DNA of 62,788 nt, counting the filler, from Dugesia japonica (taxonomy: Eukaryota), in NCBI GenBank assembly GCA_001938525.1. It is 5 parts of 5 records of this genome, joined end to end, with 100 filler letters (N's around TTAATTAATTAA, not from the genome) between each part and the next. Parts side by side here need not be neighbours in the genome. Positions count along the whole stretch, not along the records: positions 1 to 8,546 come from MQRL01295952.1; positions 8,647 to 32,831 come from MQRL01616016.1; 3 more parts are not named here. One strand, given 5' to 3'. Both the position numbers and the translations under genes were made by a program. Positions within the stretch are counted from its first letter, which is position 1, and each line of letters begins with the position of its first letter. This document shows, in pieces, positions 1-12,128 of the stretch. Under the pieces are notes generated by a model. The model was given only the letters and a program-made list of their open reading frames with translations, ran no database searches and was not told the origin of the DNA.

Positions 1-598
1 AATCTAAAATATACTTTTTCATTTTTTTGAAAAATTTATCGAACTCTGTCTATCAATTTTTAAATATTTAAAAAAATTTTTAAAATTTCTCAATTTAGAT
101 TAATTATTTCGATTTGTAAATTATTGAATAATAAATTCTAAAAATCGTAAATAATTAAATTAACAATTAAAATAGATGAATACNAATTAATAATTTATTA
201 TTTATACATAAAAAACTTTATAATTTCTGAATTAGTTAATTGTTACAGATCAACTAATGAAAATATTGTTTTAACTGAAATGCAAAAACAATATTTATTG
301 AAACCCACATAAATTTGAGAAATTGAACTGTCTAAATTTGCGGAGGTTGATCAAATTAAAAATCAATAGTTTTTTTTTACTAATACTTCTGAAAAGTATC
401 AAAAGCTATTTTGAATATTAATTTCATATAATATATATATATGAAGAATTTACAACTTTAAAGCGGATTTTTCAATACAGAATATAGACTTTAAAAAGTA
501 ATCCAGAAAAAGATATTCTACATCCACAAAATAAAACTTATTCAGAATAGTTTGTTTTATTTAAAAGTCGTCTTACTTTTTGAAAAAAGTAGTATTTC

Positions 599-834
599 AT
601 TTAAAATAAAAGCTTCGATCAAAAAATTTTTTTTTGTTTTTTGAGATTGATTCGATATTTCGACTGTCTTTTACTTTTTAAAGTAAAAGTCAATTCCTGA
701 CGAAGACAGTCGAAATATCGAATCAATCTCAAAAAACAAAAAAAAATTTTTGATCGAAGCTTTTATTTTAAATGAATTCTTAAAAACGATAAATGGTTAC
801 GTCCAACAATTATTCTCGCAATAATTGCAATTGT
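599..834 (+). mobile_element. Fold-back, hammerhead-bearing short element (Penelope-like pLTR-type), best-preserved copy
   Basis: Near-perfect ~75-bp inverted arms (596-670 / 703-776), then a ~58-nt tail ending TGTAA. Flanked by a 14-bp direct repeat AAAAGTAGTATTTC (585-598 and 835-848). About ten relatives in the window. Confidence 0.85.
693..723 (+). ncRNA. Minimal type I hammerhead ribozyme motif
   Basis: ATTC-CTGACGA-A-GAC-A-GTC-GAAA-TATC-GAAT. Stem I is AUUC/GAAU, core CUGANGA and GAAA are intact, stem III is the self-complementary AUAU, and the predicted cleavage triplet is AUC (after 719). The stem II loop is shortened in this copy. Activity is not shown. Confidence 0.7.
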
Positions 835-984
835 AAAAGTAGTATTTCTCATTATTCAAAGCCTAACAATAATTTATTAGTTTGTTCGGAAAATAATTTC
901 GTTTTTTTNNNNNNNNNNNNNNNNNNNNNNNNNNNNNNNNNNNNNNNNNNNNNNNNNNNNNNNNNNNNNNNNNNNNNNNNNNNN

Positions 985-1176
985 TTTTGCCCTTTTTCTG
1001 GTAGTGACATGATTCTGTGTTCTTAGAAGTTCAGATCTTTACTTGCAAAAAACTGGTCCATATGATGTTTGATATCCTTGTCTAAATTATTTTGCAAAGA
1101 CCAAAAGAAGTAATAGAAGTCTGAGGGTACCAGATCTGGCAAATATATTGGGTGTGGCAAAGCATCCCATCCGAGT
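985..1176 (-). mobile_element. Mariner transposase C-terminal relic
   Basis: Hand translation LGWDALPHPIYLPDLVPSDFYYFFWSLQNNL...DQFFASKDLNF*EHRIMSLPEK matches the mariner pattern LPHPPYSPDLAPSDY...FFASK...LPERW. Confidence 0.85.
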
Positions 1177-2909
1177 CCAGTTGATTGCAGTACACTTTTA
1201 AATCAATTTTGGAATTATTTAACAGAATTTTTGAAATAAATTATTCCCTTAAAATCCCACCGGACAAAGAGCATTACTTATTTTTAAAAAAATATCGGCT
1301 TTGGAAGTTTTTTGAACAGGTTCATCTTTTCTTCACCATTATTGCCTGCGTTTAATATTGTTGTAAACAATTTCTTTTATCACCTGTTATGAGTCGCTCC
1401 AAAAAATGCCACTCACTTGGCATTCAAATATTACTGAAGGAAATAAATACATTGAAATTATTGATTCTAATACTGAAAGGTTTCATAAACCTCTAATTCA
1501 TTTATATAATTACAGTAAAACCTTGATTTCAAATTTCAAAATATTATCCACATAAAGTATTGAGTATTAATAATTCGATTTTATATACTTTTATAAAACA
1601 TATCAGTTTAAGCCTGTTCAAATACTCTTCGAATTTATTTACCCATCGATCATTTAGTTAATGATTTAATTTATCCATCGCTTATTTCATATATTCCACC
1701 CTATATTTCACACTAAATATATACTTTGCAACCAATAACCGGTTATTTATTTACATATTTTTACCTTAATATAGAAAATTCATTTGGAATTAGATTTCTA
1801 TTGTGTTTATTCACCTATTAGTCATATACTTTTAACATAAATTTTATTTAATACATTTTATTTAACCTTTCAAATCAATTAATTTATTTATTTAAATATT
1901 TTAATTAATTACTAGTTAAATCTTCATATAACTTTTATTCAACCAAAGTAAAATTTAGAACCAACATATATATAAAATTATAAATTCAACTTTAAAATTG
2001 ATATGCCCTAATTGAAAATAAAAGTGATCCTTATTTATTTTAGTATTTACTGAATGTGAAACCATAAATGGTAAAGGTTTTTCATCTTTATAATTGTCAA
2101 AGTTTAAATTTTATAAAGTAGTACTAATAATAAGCATCTATTTATGAAAAAGCTTAAATTTTCACTTACAAGTAAATACTTACTTACAAATAAAAATATA
2201 GAACAGGTTAAATAATTAAATACTATTTAAACAGTATGAGTANNNNNNNNNNNNNNNNNNNNNNNCTATTGATAACTGAAAATCAGTATACACTAAGCCA
2301 AACAGTGATAACTGAAATTTAAAGTGCAGAATATTCATGACTGAGCACTAGTGAAAAGTAACAATGTCATCTAACTTAATTTAAAATACCACCAAAATTT
2401 GACCCTACCGAATAAATTGTCATCTAGTTTTATGTTCCTCGGGGTCTCTCAAATTAAGTACTTGTTTTTTCAATATAACTTTTGATCTATAAGGTTTGGG
2501 GATTTTAGGTTAACATTATTTGAAATCAGCAAAATATTTTCTTTCGAATAGGCACTTTCTTAACATATTTGAGAAGGAAAATCTTTTAAAAAATTTCATT
2601 TGTGAAAAATGATCGCTGTAAAATTCTCAGCAGTTTGGTATAAAAATCTTTGAAATCTGAGATATAGAACATATTTTATCTAAACTTTAGACTGTTCACT
2701 CAGATTTTCCTAAAAATTTCATTAAAAAAAATTTAAATTTTCATATTTTTTAAGCCACATGAACGGTTTGTCCGGATTCTTTTAAAAATTCTCATACAAA
2801 CTTTTTCAAAAATATGAAAATTTAAAAAAATTCAACTTTTTACGTGAATTTCCTTAGAATTCAAACCAAACTGGCTAGCCCATGAAAATTATCATTCAAA
2901 TTCTCCTAA

Positions 2910-3440
2910 AACTTACCCTTGTGAGGAAATAATTAACCAAATCGTTCAAAACCGACCAAAACAGACTAATGTGAGAAAAATTCGATCTGGTATATAATTG
3001 ATCAAATTGCCCAAAATTGACCCAAATTAACCATTCCTGAGTAAATAATTTACCAAATCGCCCAAAAATGAACCAAATCGAAGAATAATTTGACCGAATC
3101 GCCCAAAAAATTACCCAAATTAATGATTCCCGAGGTAAAATTTGACCAAATTAAGCTAAAACCGACTAAGTTTGCCCAGATTCGACCTCATCGATGAAAA
3201 ATTTGACCAATCTTACCTAAACCGAGCAAATAATTTACCAAATTGTTCAAAACATACTCAAATTGACTAATCCCGAGGAAAATATCAGCCAAATCACCCA
3301 AAAATGAGCCCAATCAATTATTCCCGAGGAAATAATGGACCAAATTCATCTGAACCGTATAAAAAAATTGACCTAATTCAACCTTGCCGAGGAAATTGTC
3401 AACCAAATTCATCTAAATCAATTGACCTCACCAAATAAAT
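2910..3440. repeat. Degenerate tandem satellite (~50-60 bp unit built from ~11-bp subunits)
   Basis: Recurring cccgaggaaataatttgaccaaatcgcccaaaa-like units. Confidence 0.75.
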
Positions 3441-3461
3441 TCCTAACTAAATACACGTGAA

Positions 3462-3570
3462 AAATATTACTGCTTAAAAAGCCTAAAAAATATTGCCGCT
3501 TAAAAGCCTGAAAAAATTCTACTGCTTAAAAAGCCTAAAAAATNNNNNNGCTTAAAAAGCCTAAAAAATT
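3462..3570. repeat. ~26-bp tandem repeat, four copies
   Basis: Repeated actgcttaaaaagcctaaaaaa(t). Confidence 0.85.
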
Positions 3571-4209
3571 TCTCAACTAAAAATCAATAAATAAACAAAA
3601 AAATTTAATTAATGAATTAAAAATAAATACAGAAAGAAATAAATAAATTGTATTCAAATTAATAATCAATAAACAAATTTAATTAATTAAAATAATTAAT
3701 TATACTACTTACAATGAATAATTTGTAAGTAGCTAAATAACTTACCAAAAGACACTTACAAAATTCACACATAAGAGATCTTGGAGTTACTCATCTCTTG
3801 ATAAAAACTAACGCCCATACTCGGTGAGAAAGGCGTTTTTTCCCGCAATCCAATTGGATGATACTAAGAATTTGTTCTAAGATTTTTCAGTACGAATTTA
3901 CTATTATTTCGATAAAGAAGCATTTTTATTTAGTAGTTCTCTCTAAAAACTAATTTCTTTCTTGAAGTGAATCATGGTCTGAAATAGAAAACAGTTTTCG
4001 TATTTAACTTTAACTTTCTGAAACTTATAAATATAAACAAAACTATATAAAACTATTTTTGTTTTATAAGGTAGCAAAAATAAGTCAAATTTGCTTTGTT
4101 CCCGCATCTATTTTGATAACTTTATCAAATACATATGAAACTGTATAAATTCATTTATATTGTGAATAATGATGAATTGTTTATTCAAATTAAAAATGAG
4201 TTATAATAA

Positions 4210-4434
4210 ATTTACAATTACAATTATTGCGAGAATAATTGTTGGATGTAACCATTGATCGTTTTACAGATTTCATTCAAATAAAAGATTCGATTAATTT
4301 TTTTTGTTATTGATAATATTTCGAATTTTTGATTTAGACTTCGTCAGGAATTGACTTTTTCCTGACGAAGACAAAGTCAAAAATTCGAAATATTGTCAAT
4401 AACAAAAAAAATTTGATTGAAGCTTTTATTTTAA
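4210..4434 (-). mobile_element. Fold-back hammerhead element, copy 2
   Basis: Tail in reverse orientation (ttacaattacaattattgcgagaataattgttgg), then inverted arms with tcgtcaggaa/ttcctgacga. Direct repeat GAGTTATAATAA at 4198-4209 and 4441-4452. Confidence 0.85.
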
Positions 4435-5017
4435 TAAAAAGAGTTATAATAATGTCAAATTATACTGATATTGTATTTGTATTGATATTGTCTGTTAAAA
4501 TGTATAATGTTATTCATAAGTGCAGTAAATATTAAACAAATGAATAACAACCGAAATATTTAGAACGCGAAAATTAATAAAATATTTGATGAAATGTAGC
4601 ACGAAAGCTAAATTTGGCAATTTTAATAGTAAATTTTACAATGTATTATTGTTACAAGGAAATCCCATACATCTTTGAACTGTCCGTTAAAGAATTAAAC
4701 TCAATCGTCAATAACTTGTTTCAATATTATTATCATAAAAAGAAAATCTGTAACTAATCTGTTATAAAAATTTTTAACAGAATTTCTATCATAGATTCAT
4801 ATTTTTATTTTCGATGATTATAAAATTATAACGAAAATAATTTTTAAGATTTGTTGCTAATAATAGATGTTTCTAGAAAATTAATCTACTAGAAAATTAT
4901 TTGATTAGTAACAATTTGATTTTAATTGGTTCAGTATTAACCAATGATATTCCAGATTCATTTTTATGAAAATTTGTAAATTTTTTAAACTTAAAAGAAA
5001 CAAAAAAATTTTCAGTA

Positions 5018-5279
5018 ATGGATGAAGTTCCTAATTATAAGATTGAAAGACCTATTTATTCGTATGATAAACTTTCAAATGACTATATTGAAGAAGAAAA
5101 ACCTTTCGATATTTTAAAATCATTGAACTATGAATCCAAATTACGAAAAATTACGTTTTTATCTATACTTAGTTACATCGTTCCGTTCCCATTTATACTG
5201 GCTTCATTCTACACTTATAGATTTATCTTCAATGACATAGTAGCTGGATTAACAATGCTGGTATTCAACATTCCACAAG
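5018..5279 (+). CDS. SLC26/SulP anion transporter, coding exon 1
   Basis: ORF ends ...DIVAGLTMLVFNIPQG at donor CAAG|gtaatt. A 52-nt intron follows (5280-5331). Confidence 0.88.
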
Positions 5280-5331
5280 GTAATTATAATTAATTTTATT
5301 AAGATAATTTAATTTTTATTATTATCAAAAG

Positions 5332-5442
5332 GAATGGCGTTTGGTTTGTTGAGTGGTGTGCAACCAATCAATGGACTTTATACCTCATTTTTTCCTCCGA
5401 TAATTTACTTTTTATTCGGTACTTCTCGTCATATTTCTTTTG
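5332..5442 (+). CDS. SLC26/SulP anion transporter, exon 2
   Basis: [38 protein letters not shown] is the SLC26 signature. Boundaries aag|GA and TG|gtaaga. A 72-nt intron follows. Not in the ORF track. Confidence 0.93.
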
Positions 5443-5514
5443 GTAAGAATTCAATTAAATAAATTAAAAATCAATTAAATTTTATTCAAAAAAAAATTAA
5501 ATGAAAATCTTTAG

Positions 5515-5858
5515 GAACATTTTCAATAATGAGTTTGCTTTCAAGTGTTCCAGTTATTAGAGAAGCAAAATCATTAAATAATAATTTTATTAATCTCACT
5601 ACAAATAGTTCTAATTCTGAATTGTTGACTGCTTATGAGTTATCGAAATTGGAAATAACAATTGCGACTGCACTTCTCGCTGGATTGATTCAGCTAATAA
5701 TGGGTTTATGCCAACTCGGATGTATTATGAATTATGTAAATGATACTTTGATTGGAGGATTCACAACTGCTACTGCATTGCACATAATTTTCTCACAATT
5801 TGAATCTATGTTGGGTTATTCTATAAAAAGATATTCTGGCGTTGGTGAACTACCTTAT
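5515..5858 (+). CDS. SLC26/SulP anion transporter, exon 3
   Basis: Acceptor tttag|GA. Reads GTFSIMSLL...ATALLAGLIQLIMGLCQLG...IGGFTTATALHIIFSQ...LPY. Donor TAT|gtaagt. Confidence 0.92.
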
Positions 5859-8044
5859 GTAAGTGTTGATTTTACATTTCTAATTTTTTTTGAAAATAAC
5901 TTGATTTAGATTTATGAAATTTTTTTCTGATTTTTTTTTACAAAGTTTGCTCTTGTGTGTGCGTTGTCCAAGGTGATAATCAAGGAGCGAGGCCAAATTC
6001 AAAATATAGATAATTGTATAACCATAATAAATAATTTTATACTTACAAAAACATTCAACTAAACATCGTTCGAGGTCAACCACATTTTAGAGAGTATAAT
6101 CAAAAATTAGAATTTTGAATCTTCTTTTTAATGGCAGCCGTTTATATGAACAATTAGAAGCATTTAAATAAATTGTTTAAAATATCGCATTATATATTTA
6201 GATTAAATTGTTTGGAAAAATGGGCTGGTCAATGAAAGATGCCAAAAAAATCGTGAAGTTTTGGTTACAAAATAAGGTTAAATAGCTTATTAAGATTCAT
6301 CTTTAGTACTGACTACATTAGGTGAAACAACAGCATTCCACCATACTGTCATATTATACAAAATTTTATTCAAGAATTTGTGGAACATTACATGTTAAGC
6401 ATCTACATTTTCTACCATCCTATTGTAACTCATACGTGGAGCCTATACACACGCAATCCTTATTACTCCTTGTGAATCCATCTGCCATCGCCAATCTATT
6501 TTAGTAGTATCGAGTAGCCACCTGAAAACATTTTACCTCACCAAGTATCGGCAGTAATACAATCACTACTTAGCTGAAAGAGTTTAGAGTTACCGGCTTT
6601 GCGTTCCACCTTGGCTGTCGCTTCACCTCAGTAACCGGTACAATTATTACTCACTTTCTACTAGCTTAACAGCCAGGATGCGGCGGTGAAAATCCATGAA
6701 AATACACTTTTATTTATACTTTTGTAAGATAACATAACTTTATATTTATTAATAAAATCATCTCCATTTCAATCTCATTTCCCATGAAATTTATTTCTCT
6801 CTATTTGCATTTCCATTCGCCATAATTATAATCCGTTATTCCTGTTCGTTCACGAGAAAATTCGGAGAATCTGTCTTTATACCAATTTACAATCTAATTT
6901 ATTTTTAACGCTAATTTTAATCAAAAATACTACTAATTTGGTCAATTGTTATCTGAAATTTTCTGAGTAATTTTTGTGCATGAAATGAATTTATTTTTAA
7001 TGTATATTTGATGTGTTTAATGGTGAAATTTAGTACTTTATACATATTGACTCAATGTTTTTTGAAGATTTTATTCAGTTCCTGGTTATTTTTGTAGAAA
7101 TTATTGCCACATCTTCTCCAACATCTGCTCTCTAAAGTGCGATACATATATACCTATGGAAACCGTTCTCTTTATTATCTCAGAGAGTTCTTTGGACAAT
7201 ATCATTTCCGTATTGTGATTATTTTTTATATTGCTTTTCATATATCGTATATTGATCGATTCTCTCGATCTCACTTATACTGTTAAAAGTACTCTTTCGC
7301 ATCTAATAAGTGACTTTAGTTTATTAGTAAAGTATATTTGTATTCACAAGAGTAGGGTGAAAGTAGGTATACATTAGTGTTAAAAGGCTAAATATTAATG
7401 TACAAAACTAACTAACAATAAGCATATTAGATTTGGAGCATAATCTTCGATCAAACTGGATCATATAATTTATCCCTATAGTATTTATTTATTCAATTCA
7501 AGAGCATCTTTGACCATATAATCTCTCTAATTTACATATACTATCTTATCTAAATCATATAATATTCATATAATATAATATAATATTCTTTTAATATTCT
7601 TATAATAATATTCATATAATATTCTTATATAAATTCTTTGGATTTCTCAGAGACATTCATTCGGAAATGATTCAATCTATTTAGCTTCTTTTTGTTAATT
7701 TTTGTTTTGTGAAATTTCCCACCGTATTTAAAGTTTCTCTCTAGTACGCCAACAGTCATTTTATAGACTAGTTTACATCGTTTGATCTTTCGAGATCTTT
7801 TATTGACTGAATTTATCACTCCATATCATATCACTTCTTCTTCATATTGGCCAAAATTTTTGAATTCCAATATTTTTCCTTATTACATGTATTATTTAAA
7901 TTCAAATTTCTGTTTTTATAAATTTTAAAAATTTTATTTATATTTCNNNNNNNNNNNNNNNNNNNNNNNNNNNNNNNNNNNNNNNNNNNNNNNNNNNNNN
8001 NNNNNNNNNNNNNNNNNNNNNNNNNNNNNNNNNNNNNNNNNNNN

Positions 8045-8250
8045 ATCCATATGGTCACGTTCAGTATTTCTGTGAGTTGTATTTTGATTTTGTTGTTGTT
8101 CACAGTTTTCATCAATCCAATTATCAAGAAAAAATTTGATATTCCCATTCCAATTCAATTAATTATAGTGATAATTCTAACTGTTATATCATACTATGTC
8201 TCACTTAACAAAAAGTTTTCAGTTAAAGTTGTAGGTTTCATTCCAAAAGG
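8045..8250 (+). CDS. SLC26/SulP anion transporter, exon 4 (5' end hidden in N run)
   Basis: ...KKFDIPIPIQLIIVIILTVISY...VKVVGFIPKG|gtaaaa matches the SLC26 PIP.ELI / VVG.IP.G region. Later exons and the STAS domain were not found. Confidence 0.85.
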
Positions 8251-8546
8251 GTAAAAATTTTATTTAATTTATTATTGATTAGATAAATCATTTAATATTA
8301 ATAATTTTATTTATTTATTTATTAAATCTTTAATTATGTTTTATGTAGAAAAAATCAGAATGAAATTAAGTTTCATTTGAGAATATTTACGTCAATTGAA
8401 AATCCTAGATTTGTTTTGTAATATTCTTATCTTAATATAGCCGTCATTTGAATTTCATCATATTATCTTATTCTGGTTATCACATAATTATAATCTTATT
8501 GGAGAAAAACACAGAAAAGATAGTTTTTGATGTAATTAAACAAAAA

Positions 8547-8646
8547 NNNNNNNNNNNNNNNNNNNNNNNNNNNNNNNNNNNNNNNNNNNNTTAATTAATT
8601 AANNNNNNNNNNNNNNNNNNNNNNNNNNNNNNNNNNNNNNNNNNNN
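8547..8646. other. Artificial contig linker
   Basis: Exactly 44 N + TTAATTAATTAA (stops in all six frames) + 44 N. Confidence 0.97.
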
Positions 8647-9101
8647 GTTATGAATTCATTAAAAATATTTGAATGTGTTCTTGAAAAGAAGAAATAAATC
8701 AGAAAAAGTATTATAAACTGGGTAATTAAAAATAAATTTGTCTTTGTAAATGACAAAAAATATGTTAATCAAAAAGGAAAGTAAAGATTACAGAAGGAAG
8801 TTAAATTGAAATAAAAACGAAACGAAAAACCCAATAATTGAAGTATCGCTATTGTTATGCGTATTTAGTAATTAAATGAGAAGAAAAAGCCTATAAAATG
8901 GTAGAATTGATACAGATAAAGTTATTGAAAAGCGTATCAGTAAAAATTGAAAAAGAATAATAAATATACTAAATGAAATTACAAAACCAAATCCAAATTT
9001 ACTGATGAAGAAAAATAAATTTAAGATTTTAAAAATATACTTGATCTACCGAAATTTATTCAACAGTTAGTAGAAAATTATAGTAGCATTGTGATAATAT
9101 T

Positions 9102-9419
9102 CAGTACCGGAGCGAGAATCGTCTTCGTCCGCTTGCATGCTCTGACTGTGCTCTCAATTTTTTCGATTTTATGTTATCAACTTATCCTAACAAAGGGTTT
9201 CAGTATGTATAATAATATAAGTTAGTATTAACATTAATACATTATTTATTGTTTATAACTGAAAATTAATTTCAAAGAATTTATCTAATTAAGTTTTTTT
9301 AATGTTTCATTTTTTTAACTTAAGTAATAATTCAATAACCACATTAACGCTATGGCGCTCTCTTCACAGTGACACCCGCGCGCGATGCATGCTTTGAAGT
9401 CTCGCTAAGGCCGGTCCTA
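9102..9419. mobile_element. MITE-like element (hAT-like ends), family copy 1
   Basis: Collinear similarity to 28721-29031. Imperfect terminal inverted repeats CAGTACCGG...CCGGTCCTA. Confidence 0.65.
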
Positions 9420-10185
9420 TTGTTAAATAACTTAAACATAATTATTTTTCATTAAATCATGGAATTATTTAAAAATCTAAATTAAAAATCAAAAGTGGTT
9501 ATGAAATATCTTTTTATTTTGTCTTCAAATATTCGAATATCGTCGTCGGAGATTTCTGTAATTAAATAAATAATTTCAATAAATTACAATCAAATTACAA
9601 TTGATTCTTGTAAAAACTATATTACTGAATTATTGTATGAATTATGCTGAATTATGCTTTATGTTTCGAATGTTTCTTTTTGTTTTCAGAGTGAAAATTG
9701 AATTATGAATTCAATGAAATCAAGAAGTTTAAGAAGGCAAAGAAGCAGTAGAAGACTGTACTAATCAAATATTTATAATAGTTATGAAAATTTAAAATAA
9801 GAGTTGTTTGAATAATACGTATAACAAGTTTACATTTTAATTAAATAAATATTTTTAGTATTTGATTGTTATTATTCGATTATGAAGGTAACTGCCGAGC
9901 ACACCAAAAATGTTAATGATGTAAGAAGACAACAGCAACGAAAATTAATTTTAGGTACTCTACAAAACAGTACATGAACTTATAAATTTGAATATTATGA
10001 AGTATGATGGTTAAGATGCATTAGAAGCTTTAAGATGGTTCGAAGACATAAGAATAAGAAAATACTGTTTTAAATGATTTAAATTTACTGGGTATATTTT
10101 ATTCATTATTATCACATGAAGCTAGAATTCTGTGGGGAAATGTGATGAAATCTCGATGGATGATGCCAAGAAAGGGTTTACGACT

Positions 10186-10420
10186 ACGAGAATAATTATT
10201 GGGCGTAACCATTGATCGGTTTTTAGAATTCATTTAAAATAAAAGCTTCGATCAAAATTTTTTTTATTGTTTTTTTGAGATTGATTTGATATTTTGACTT
10301 AGTCTTCGTCAGGAATTGACTTATCAATTGAAAAAGTCAATTCCTGACGAAGACTAAGTCGATTCAATCTCAAAAAAAATAATAAAAAAAAAATTTAATC
10401 GAAGCTTTTATTTTAAATGA

Positions 10421-10421
<1 letters not shown>
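10186..10421 (-). mobile_element. Fold-back hammerhead element, copy 3 (tail truncated, abuts (ATT)n)
   Basis: Long inverted arms, both carrying gtcaattcctgacgaagactaagtc. Confidence 0.85.
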
Positions 10422-10467
<46 letters not shown>

Positions 10468-10543
10468 NNNNNNNNNNNNNNNNNNNNNNNNNNNNNNNNN
10501 NNNNNNNNNNNNNNNNNATTATTATTATTATTATTATTATTAT
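10422..10543. repeat. (ATT)n microsatellite with N gap
   Basis: Seen directly. Confidence 0.95.
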
Positions 10544-10737
10544 AAATTATTTCTAGTGCTTATTTAATAACACAAATGAAGTTAAAAATAACTCCCTCAA
10601 GAAAACGATACTCAAAAAATTTTATTTTGATTTACTCTTGACTTTTACTTGAAATATCGTAATTGTATTTCTTTATATATATGCAGTATCAAAAAGCAGT
10701 TATTTTAGTAACATTTGGAGAAAGATTTGCCATTCGT

Positions 10738-11419
10738 TAGGCGTGTCAACCAAAATGTCTAATAATGTAATTTGTAATAAGACGTCAAAAATTCATTTTA
10801 AAAAGAAATTAATGTTTTTAAAAAAAATTAAGTATTTAATTATTAATTTTATATTAACATAATTTTCAATATAAATTGATTTATAATTCTAATAAATTTA
10901 TTAGATCATAATTGTGTAGCTTTTATGATTATGATTTACTTCAATAAATATCACGAGAAGTTCATTGTTATTCGAATGTGTCAAAACCTTTGGAACCTAG
11001 AGCAATTATTTATCATATTAAAAAAATATAAAACATATTTTACAAATAAATGGTTTCATTTTATTGGTAGACACAATGAATTGTTGGAAAAAAAAATTGT
11101 TGATGGACCTCAATATACGGTTCTGTTATTCGACTAATTTTAATTTCTCCATGTGTTATAAAACAGATCATGTCAAACATATTTTTACATAAAAAAGATA
11201 ATACATTTTTAGAACTACTGTTCTTCTAAGATTTAAACTGTACAAAAATAATGTCCAAATTAAAATAAATATATTTTTAATAAAAATTATATTTAATGAA
11301 ATAAAAATTAAATAAGAAAGTTTATTTGTTTTGAGAAAGAATTAATTTCTTTAAAAATCAATTTTCGACGCCTTACTATATATTACATTATTAAAATAGC
11401 AATTCTAGCCGCGCCCTAG
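10738..11419. mobile_element. MITE-like element with ~80-bp imperfect terminal inverted repeats
   Basis: 10738-10813 (taggcg...aataatgtaat...gacgtcaaaaatt...aagaaattaat) is the reverse complement of 11341-11419. Confidence 0.65.
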
Positions 11420-12128
11420 TTACAGTAACAATGACCAATGTAACAATCAATTTTATTTCGAATGATAAATTTTTTTTTTGCTTTTGAAATTATTTTTTTC
11501 AAAATTTATTTTACTTACAAACAATAGTAGCAAGTGAAATTTTAATTAAATTGTTTACGGTATATATTAAAAGTATTTTATTTGAAATATACAAATAATA
11601 AAACTTATTCATGATTTAATTGAATTTTATTCCAAATTAAAATTTATTCGAATAATACGTTAGTAATTTTTTTTACTTTTAACACGTAACCCTTTCATAA
11701 AAGGCTATTCTGATAATAAAGATGTGTAAAAAAGGACTTAATTAATTGAGAAAATAATTGGTAAAACATTTGTCTTATATTATTTTGGAGTTTTCTTTGA
11801 ACTGTTCTAAAAAATTAATAACCGATTAATAATGTTTTAGATAGGCTGCCTGTTGAAAATCTTTATTAGACAGAAAATTAATATATTTGTAGATTATTAA
11901 AATAAGACAGATTATTAAGATTTATTATCGTGACGAAAAACTTAAATATTAAAAGGGTTTTATTTATAACTAACTAAAAATTGATTAGAAAATATAAAAT
12001 GTTAAAATAATTGACATTAAAAAACCGAACGTTTTAATTATCTATTTGTTGCAAATAACATACAACACATAATGTATAGAGATATTGTGAAATTACGAAA
12101 AAACACATGTAAATAGAAGCTATTAGTT

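Noticed and set aside
596-776. Fold-back family as a classical MITE, Helitron end or pre-miRNA
   Set aside because: The asymmetric tail, variable 11-14 bp TSDs, variable spacer and hammerhead core fit retroinsertion better. There is no CTRR end.
8591-8602. Recurrent TTAATTAATTAA palindrome as a biological motif
   Set aside because: It is always centred in exactly 44+44 N, so it is a synthetic linker.
9880-10185. Gag-like reading fragment
   Set aside because: Suggestive composition only, with no diagnostic motif.
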